Assembly: GCA_028826165.1 (NCBI GenBank)
Contig: JAPDFW010000079.1
Coordinates: forward strand, 319,758 to 383,757
Reading direction: 5' to 3'
DNA: 64,000 nt
From: Anaeramoeba ignava BMAN
Taxonomy: Eukaryota > Protista > Anaeramoebae
The translations under genes were made by a program, and so were the position numbers. The notes beneath the pieces were generated by a model, which was given only the letters and a program-made list of their open reading frames with translations, was not told the origin of the DNA and did no database searches. The first letter of the stretch is position 1, and each line of letters opens with the position of its first letter. Positions 55,580-64,000 of the stretch are shown here, piece by piece.

Positions 55580-58165
55580 ATGGAGAAGATTGAATTTCAA
55601 CAAAAAAATAAAATACTTTTAAAACTAATAATAACAACAATCTTATTAATTTTATTTATTGGAAGTGTTTCTTCAATTCCTTTTCTTTTTAAACAAGAAA
55701 ATAAAATAACAACATCAATAGGAATAATAGAAGAACCAAAAAATGTGACAAAATCAAATAACGTTATATTAATAATTCCTGATGGATTTGGAGTAGCAAG
55801 TCAAACTTTAGCAAGAGAATATGAAGGAGTTGATTTTCTCACTTTAGATCAAATACAAAAAGGAACTTGTCATACTAATTCTGCTTCTAGTCCCATTACT
55901 GATTCTGCTGCTGCTGGAACTGCTTTGGCTTGTGGTTTAAAAACTTATAATGGAAGAATTGCTATTGATACTAATGGTAATCCTTGTGTTACTTTGATTG
56001 AAAAAGCTATGGATAATTCAATGGCAACTGGAATTGTTGTTAAATCTCGAATTACTCATGGTAATCAAAATCAAAATCAAAATCAAAAATCAAAATCAAA
56101 ATCAAATTCAAATTCAAAAATTAATATCAAAATCAAAATCAAAATCAAAATCAAAATCAAAATCAAATTCAAAATCAAAATCAAAATTAAAATCAAAATC
56201 AAAATTTAAATCAAAAATCAAAATCAAAATCAAAATTAAAATCAAAAAATCAAATTCAAAATCAAAATCAAAATTAAAATCAAAATCAAAATCAAAATCA
56301 AAATCAAAATCAAAATCAAAATCAAAATCAAAATTTAAATTCAAAATCAAAATCAAAATAAAAATCAAAATCAAAATCAAAATCAAAATCAAAATTAAAA
56401 TCAAAATTAAAATCAAAATCAAAATCAAAATCAAAAATTAACATCAAAATCAAAATCAAAATTAAAATTAAAATCAAAATTAAAATTAAAATCAAAATTA
56501 AAATCAAAATAAAAATCAAAATCAAAATCAAAATCAAAATCAAAATTAATATTAAAATCAAATTCAAAAATCAAAATTAAAATCAAATTCAAAATTAAAA
56601 TCAAAATCAAAATCAAAATCAAAATTAAAATCAAAATTAAAATCAAAATTAAAAATCAAAATCAAAATCAAAATCAAAATCAAAATCAAAATCAAAATCA
56701 AAATCAAAATCAAAATTAAATTCAAAATAAAATTTAAAATCAAAATTAAATTCAAAATAAAAATTAAATTCAAAATTAAAATCAAAATTAAAATCAAAAT
56801 TAAAATCAAAATTAATATCAAAATCAAAATCAAAATCAAAATCAAAATCAAAATCAAATCAAAAATCAAAATCAAAATCAAAATCAAAATCAAAATCAAA
56901 ATCAAAATCAAAATCAAAATTAAAATCAAAATCAAAATTAAAATCAAAAATTAAAATCAAAATCAAAATCAAAATCAAAATTAATATTAAAATTAATATC
57001 AAAATCAAAATCAAAATTAAAATCAAAATCAAAATCAAAATCAAAATCAAAATTAAAATCAAATTCAAAATTAATATCAAAATTAATATCAAAAGCAACT
57101 CCTGCCTCTTTCTCATCCCATCAGCTCGACAGAAATCAAGAACTTGATATTGCAGTTCAACAACTAAATTCAGCATTTGGGAAGATAGATATACTTTTTG
57201 GAGGAGGAAGAGATATGTTTATTCCAACAAGTTTAGGAGGAAAAAGAACAGATGGAAGAAATCTAGAAACAGAAGCAGAATCAAAAGGATACACAGTTAT
57301 ACACACAACAAACGAACTAAATCAAACAAATTTACAAACACCAATTTTAGGACTTTTCACAAGCGATAATTATCCTTATGTAATCGATAGACAAAACTTA
57401 ACTGATTTCCCAACTTTGCAACAAACTTCACAAAAAGCACTTGAATTACTTTCCCAGAAAGCACAAGAAGAAGATATTAATGGATTTTTTCTTCTGATTG
57501 AATGCTCATTAATTGATTATTGTGGTCACCAAAATGATCCTGCTGCTCAAGTCAGAGAAACTCTTCAATGCAACCAAGTTGTCAAACAAATGATGGATTT
57601 CATAGATTCAGATTCAAATGAAAATAACACTCTCTTAGTTGTTGTTGCTGATCATGAAACTGGTGGCTTATATCTTGATACATCTCTTGAGGAAATCTAC
57701 AAATCTCAATTGACTTATGTGTGGAATCCAGATATTTTAAAACCAATCACAAAATCAGCTTATTCAATGACTGATTTAGTTTACTACAACGGTTATTCTG
57801 TGGAAGATGTTTTATCTGATTTTGCTCAAATTTCAAACTTGACTCAATCAGAATTGGATGAGCTCAATGCAGCTCTTAATTCTCATTCTTTTGATCAACT
57901 GAACTATGCTTTGAGTGATGTGATTTCCCAAAGAGCTCAAGTTGGATGGACAACTCATGGTCATACTGGTGTTGATGTTATCGTTTATTCTTATGGAAAT
58001 GATTCAAATAGTTTTGTTGGTTCAATGGATAATACTGATATTCCCAAAAAAATTGATCAATTTCTCCAATTCGAAAGTTTGGAATCACAAAAAATTCTTG
58101 AAAATTCAGAAATAAGTTTTTATTCATCAGATTCCCCAAAAATTAATGATTCTTTTCATTCATAA
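55580..58165 (+). CDS. Alkaline phosphatase (PhoA/Pho8 family) with N-terminal membrane anchor; exons 55580-56060, 57096-58165
   Basis: NVILIIPDG, TDSAAAGTA (catalytic Ser), TH|ATPA joined across the intron, IDYCGH, ADHETGG, HGHTGVDV. Confidence 0.93.
56063..57093. repeat. (AAAAT[C/T])n microsatellite filling the alkaline phosphatase intron
   Basis: Direct. Confidence 0.92.
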
Positions 58166-58221
58166 ACCAAAATAAAAATAAATGAAAAATTACTCTTTTA
58201 ACTTCATTAATGATTTCTTGT

Positions 58222-60046
58222 TTAAAAGATTAAACATTTTTCTTTCTTTTCTTCTTTGTTGTTGTAATTTTGATTATTAAATTTTTTAATTAATAAATCA
58301 AATAAATTTGGATGTGTTTGATTTAATTGAAAATAATCAATTCCAATTTGAATTTCATTAATGATTTCTTGTGTAATTTGAATTCCATCTTTAATTTGAT
58401 TTGAATAAATCCAATATTCAAATATTTGAAATGATTTATTACTTAATTCACTATAATCTGTAACTTTATTAGAAGTATCTTCAGTTACAGATAAAAACAT
58501 TCCTCGATATAATTCACTTCTCATTATTAATATTAATTTTGGAAATTTATATTGTTTTTCTTTTCTTTCAATTATAAAATCTTTTTCATTTTCATTTAAA
58601 TAAATTCTTTTAATTGTTTCTTCAATTTTTTCATTTGAATTTATAATTTCTTTAATTTCAGAATATAATTTTGGATTTATTTTAGAATTGTTTGAATAAA
58701 TCATTTCAAATATTTGATTTGATTCTTGAATTGATTTTTTTGAAATAATTTCTTGAAGTTTTTCAATTTCATTTTGATTTTGATTTAATCTATATTTCAA
58801 TATTAATTTATGAGCTTCAATTATTTCTCCATTTTTGGTTTTAAATGAAATATCACAAAATTCTTTTCTTCTAAATAATTTTATCAAATCTTCTTCAAGA
58901 TTGGAAAAAGAAGAAAAAGGAGAATAATAAAGGAACGAATTATTAAATCCACAAGAAATATGATAATTAGAAATTTCTTCATTAAATCTTAATTTAGGAA
59001 GTTCAATTTGAATTGGAATTAATTGATCATTTGTATCTTCAGTTCCTAATTGACCATATCTATTATTTCCAAATACAATGAATTTCCCTTTGGAAGTTAA
59101 AATCAAAGTATGTTCATTTCCAACAGAAAAATCAATAATATTATCATTATCATCATCATTTTCAAATAAAGATGATTTGATTTCAGTAAATTCATAAGTA
59201 TTTTTGCCAAATAAATTATATTTCCAATATCCACATGAATAAAGTTTTCTTTTTGGATTTTCATCTTCATTTTCAATCAACATTACTGAATGCCAACTTC
59301 CACATTGAATATCAATTATTTTGCCTTTTGGAATATTTTGGATTTTGGTTAATTTTTTGATTTCTTCTTCTTCTTCTTCTATTATTGATTTTCCTAATCC
59401 AAGTTGACCATAACCATTATATCCGCATCCAAATAATTCTTGATTTGAATTTAAAAGAAAAACATAAAGTGAAGTATTTCCTGAAAATATTTTAGAAACA
59501 TTTCTCATCATTAAAATTGGTTTTCTTTCGTATATCCTTGTGTTTATACCAAATTGACCATAATAATTATCACCAATTCCATAAGCATTTTGATTTGAAG
59601 TTAATAAATAAATTGAACTAAATCCAGAAACAATATCTTCAATTATTCTATCTTTTTTATTTTTAATTAATGATGAGATATTGATAAATTTATTTGGATT
59701 TTTTGGATTAATATCTTCTCCTTTTGCAAAAAGCATTTCCTTCTATTGTTAAAATAGCTTTATTTTTTTCACCAACAGTTACTTTTTGAATATTTTCTTC
59801 AATTTGGATTTTTTCAGGTTTTTGTTTTGAATCATTTTCATTTAAATATTCTATTGCTTTTCCATTTTCAAAAAGGAAAATTGTTGAAAAATCACTTGAT
59901 GAAATTTGTTTAATTTGTTTTTCATTTTCATTTTCATTTTCATTTTCATTTTCAAATTTAAATTGAATTGGTTTTGTTATTTCTTCTGGTTTATTTTTGA
60001 AAAGAATTGGATTTTGATTTAAACCAAAAAATAAACAATCATTCAT
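58222..60046 (-). CDS. RCC1-repeat + tandem BTB protein, copy 1, C-terminal CaaX (CLIF); one frameshift near 59730
   Basis: RCC1: GYNGYGQLGLG, IQCGSWHS, GNNRYGQLG. BTB: FCDISF..AHKLIL and RSELYRGMF. Extra base in a T run. Confidence 0.85.
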
Positions 60047-60089
60047 TTTTGAAATGAAAAAAAATGAAAAAAAAATGAAAAAAAATAAT

Positions 60090-60205
60090 TCTAATTTTAA
60101 TTTTGATTATTAAATTTTTTTAATTAATAAATCAAATAAATTTGGATTTGTTTGATTTAATTGAAAATAATCAATTCCAATTTGAATTTCATTAATTATT
60201 TCTTG
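60090..60205 (-). pseudogene. Duplicated fragment of the RCC1-BTB C-terminal coding sequence
   Basis: Reads QEIINEIQIGIDYFQLNQTNPNLFDLLIKK immediately after the copy-2 stop. Confidence 0.8.
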
Positions 60206-60206
60206 T

Positions 60207-61995
60207 TTAAAAGATTAAACAATTTTCTTTTTTTTGATTTTGATTATTAAATTTGTTAATTAATAAATCAAATAAATTTGGATTTGTTTGATTTAATTGA
60301 AAATAATCAATTCCTTTTTCAATTTCATTAATTATTCCTTGTGTAATTTTAATTTCTTCTTTAATTTGATTTGAATAAATCCAATATTCAATTATTTGAA
60401 ATGATTTATTACTTAATTCACTATAATCTGTAACTTTATTAGATTTATCATTTGTTACAGATAAAAACATTCCTCGATATAATTCACTTCTCATTATTAA
60501 TATTAATTTAGGAAATTTATATTGTTTTTCTTTTCTTTCAATTAATAAAATCTTTTTCATTTTCATTTTCATTTAAATAAATTCTTTTCATTGTTTCTTC
60601 AATTTTTTCATTGGAATTTATAATTTCTTTAATTTCAGAATATAATATTGGATTTATTTTGGAATTGTTTGAATAAATCATTTCAAATATTTGATTTGAT
60701 TCTTTAATTGATTTATTTGAAATAATTTCTTGAAGTTTTTCAATTTGATTTTGATTTAATCTATATTTCAATATTAATTTATGAGCTTCAATTATTTCTC
60801 CATTTTCGGTTTTAAATGAAATATCACAAAATTCTTTTCTTTCAAATAATTTTATCAAATCTTCTTCAAGATTGGAAAAGAAGGAGAAAGAATAAAGAAA
60901 TGATTTGAAAGAACCACAATAAATATTATAATTGGAAATATTTTCATTAAATCTTAATTTAGGAAGTTCAATTTGAATTGGAATTGATTGAATTTTCATA
61001 TCTCCAGTTCCTAATTGACCATATTCATTATATCCAAATCCAATCAATTTCCCTTTTCTGGTTAAAATCAAAGTATGAGAGAAACCAACAGAAATTTCAA
61101 GAATATCATCATCATCATTTTCAAATAAAGATGATTTGATTTCAGTAAATTTATAAGTATCTCCATCATTTTTGCCAAGTCCATTAAATTGAGAATAACC
61201 ACATGAATAAAGTTTTCTTTTTGGATTTTCATTTTCATTTTCAATCAACATTATTGAATGATAAAGTGCGCATTTAATATCAATTATTTTGCCATTTGGA
61301 ATACTTTGGATTTGGGTTAATTTATAGATTTTTTCTTCTTTTCTTGATTCTCCTAATCCAAGTTGACCTTGTTCATTATATCCGCATCCAAATAATTCTT
61401 GATTTGAATTTAAAAGAAAAACATGTCTTGAATTGTTTCCTGAAAATATTTTAGAAACATTTTTCATCATTAAAACTGGTTTTTCTGCTTTAAAAAGTGT
61501 TTGAGAATCAAATCCAAGTTCACCATATTCATTTGAAACAATTCCATAAACATTTTGATTTGAAGTTAATAAGTAAATTGAGTCTGAACCAGAAACAATA
61601 TCTTCAATTATTCTATCTTTTTTATTTTTAATTAATGATGAGATATTGATAAATCGTTTTGAATTAATATATCTTCCTTTGGCAAATACATTTCCTTCTA
61701 TTGTTAAAATAGCTTCATTTTGTTTACCAACAGATACTTTTTGAATATTTTCTTCAATTTGGATTTTTTCAGGTTTTTGATATGAATCATTTTCACTTAA
61801 ATATTCTATCGCTTTTCCATTTTTAAAAAGGAAAATTGTTGAAAAATCTGATGTTGAAATTTGTTTAATTTGTTTTTCATTTTCATTTTCATTTTCATTT
61901 TTCAAATTTAAATTGAATTGGTTTTGTTAATCCTTCTTGTCTATTTTTGATAATTTTTGGTTTTTGATTATCACCAAAAATATAATTTCATTCAT
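60207..61995 (-). CDS. RCC1-BTB protein, copy 2, CaaX (CLIF); frameshifts near 61900 and 60545
   Basis: ATG at 61995 is homologous to the copy-1 start; the two copies are colinear. Confidence 0.82.
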
Positions 61996-62090
61996 TTTTA
62001 AAAGAAAAAAATGAAAAATGAAAAAATAAAAAAATTAAAAAAATAAAAAAATTTTTTTTTTTCTGTTTTTTTTCATTAATGATTTCTTGT

Positions 62091-64000
62091 TTAAAAAATT
62101 AAACATTTTTCTTTCTTTTCTTTCTTTTCTTCTTTGTTGTTGTGATTTTGATTATTAAATTTGTTAATTAATAAATCAAATAAATTTGGATTTGTTTGAT
62201 TTAATTGAAAATAATCAATTCCAATTTTAATTTCATTAATTATTTCGTTTGTAATTTGAATTTCATCTTTGATTTGATTTGAATAAATCCAATATTCTAA
62301 TATTTGAAATGATTCATTACTTAATTCACTATAATCTGTAACTTTATTAGATTTATCTTCAGTTACAGATAAAAACATTCCTCGATATAATTCACTTCTC
62401 ATTATTAATATTAATTTAGGGAATTTATATTGTTTTTCTTTTCTTTCAATTATAAAATCTTTTTCATTTTCATTTTCATTTAAATAAATTCTTTTAATTG
62501 TTTCTTCAATTTTTCATTTAAATTTATAATTTCTTTAATTTCAGAATATAATTTTGGATTTATTTTGGAATTGTTTGAATAAATCATTTCAAATATTTGA
62601 TTTGATTCTTTTAATTGATTTTTGAAATAATTTCTTGAAGTTTTTCAATTTCATTTTTGGTTTTGATTTAATCTATATTTCAATATTAATTTATGAGCTT
62701 CAATTATTTCTCCATTTTCTGGTTTTAAATGAAATATCACAAAATTCTTTTCTTTTCAAATAGTTTTATTAAATCTTCTTCAAGATTGGAAAAAGAAGAA
62801 GGAGAATAATAAAGAAATGAATTGAAGATCCACAGGAAAGATGATAATTGAAAATATTTTCATTAAATCTTAATTTAGGAAGTTCAATTTGAATTGGAAT
62901 TGATTGAATTTTCATATCTCCAGTTCCTAATTCACCATAATTATTTCTTCCAAATCCTATCATTTTTGAATTGGAAGTTAAAATCAAAGTATTGTCATAT
63001 CCACAAGAAAAATCAAGAATATTATCATCATTTTCAAATAAAGATGATTTGATTTCAGTAAATTTATAAGTATTTTTATCGATTCCATTAAATTGAAAAT
63101 ATCCACATGAATAAAGTTTTCTTTTTGGATTTGGATTTTCATCTTCATTTTCAATCAACATTATTGAATGATAATTTGAAAATTGAATATCAATTATTTT
63201 GCCTTTTTGGAATATTTTTGGATTTTTGGTTAATTTTTGATTTTTTCTTCTATTATTGATTCTCCTAATCCAAGTTTACCATATCTATTATCACCGCATC
63301 CAAATAATTCTTGATTTGAATTTAAAAGAAAAACAGAACTTGAAGTATTTCCTGAAAATATTTTAGAAACATTTTTCATCATTAAAATTGGTTTTTTTGT
63401 TTCTTTTGGTTTTTACACCAAATTGACCATATTCATTTAAACCAATTCCATAAGCATTTTGATTTGAAGTTAATAAGTAAATAGAGTCTGAACCAGAAAC
63501 AATATCTTCAATTATTCTATCATTTGTATCTTCAATTAATGATGAAATATTGATAAATTTATTTGAATTATTTGGATTCATATTATATCCTTTGGCAAAT
63601 ACATTTCCTTCTATTGTTAAAATAGCTTCATTTGAAAAGCCAACAGTTACTTTTTGAATATTTTCTTCAATTTGGATTTTTGAAGGATTTTGATATGAAT
63701 CATTTAAATATTCTATTGCTTTTCCATTTTTAAAAAGGAAAATTGTTACAAAATAACATGAAGAAATTTGTTTAATTTGTTTTTCATTTTCCTTTCTTAA
63801 TTTTTAAATTTAAATTTGAAAAGAAAAAAAATGAAAAAAGATTTTAACGGTTATTTTAATTTTAATTTTAATTTTAATTTTAATTTTAATTTTAATTTGT
63901 TTAACGGTTTTTTTTTATTTTTTTAATTTAAATTTTTCTTTTTTTAAAATTATTTTTCTTTTTAAATTTTTATAAATGAATACGTTTCAGTGTAATGGTC
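62091..64000 (-). CDS. RCC1-BTB protein, copy 3 (many frameshifts; possible pseudogene), CaaX (CLIF); apparently spliced (intron 63983-63796) to an exon running off the window end
   Basis: Homologous to copies 1 and 2 from 63795 downward, but lacks their first ~30 codons; GTATTC donor at 63983. Confidence 0.65.

Noticed and set aside
55998-57176. ORFs rich in KI/SK/IL/FD
   Set aside because: Translations of the alkaline phosphatase intron repeat
1-64000. Inteins, intact transposases, tRNA or rRNA genes
   Set aside because: No Hint/LAGLIDADG, DDE or RT motifs, and no structured-RNA-like sequence recognised by eye

Overview
Extremely AT-rich, intron-containing eukaryotic DNA. It reads in the standard code, and every intron I could resolve is GT-AG. 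The composition, the microsatellite-filled introns and the RCC1-BTB and ANK-BTB families are reminiscent of an anaerobic protist such as Anaeramoeba (inference only). About 16 genes are interspersed with large simple-repeat and satellite arrays. In order they are: a hexapeptide-repeat protein with a possible EDC4-like C-terminus; an 8-exon WD40 protein; glia maturation factor; a ~12.7 kb RNF213/mysterin-like AAA+ gene broken by six frameshifts and lacking visible RING/RZ fingers; a GNAT acetyltransferase; an SDS22-like LRR protein; a ~1,620 aa spliced protein with an unusual 7TM-longin-SPRY-SPRY architecture; UBA-ankyrin-BTB; an HD phosphohydrolase; a RING-H2 E3; a TBC RabGAP; alkaline phosphatase; and three tandem RCC1-BTB genes ending in CaaX. 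Non-coding highlights are two different ~145 bp satellites, two 10-bp-phased A-tract arrays and a 1,035-nt intron with no internal G. All exon boundaries were derived by hand.
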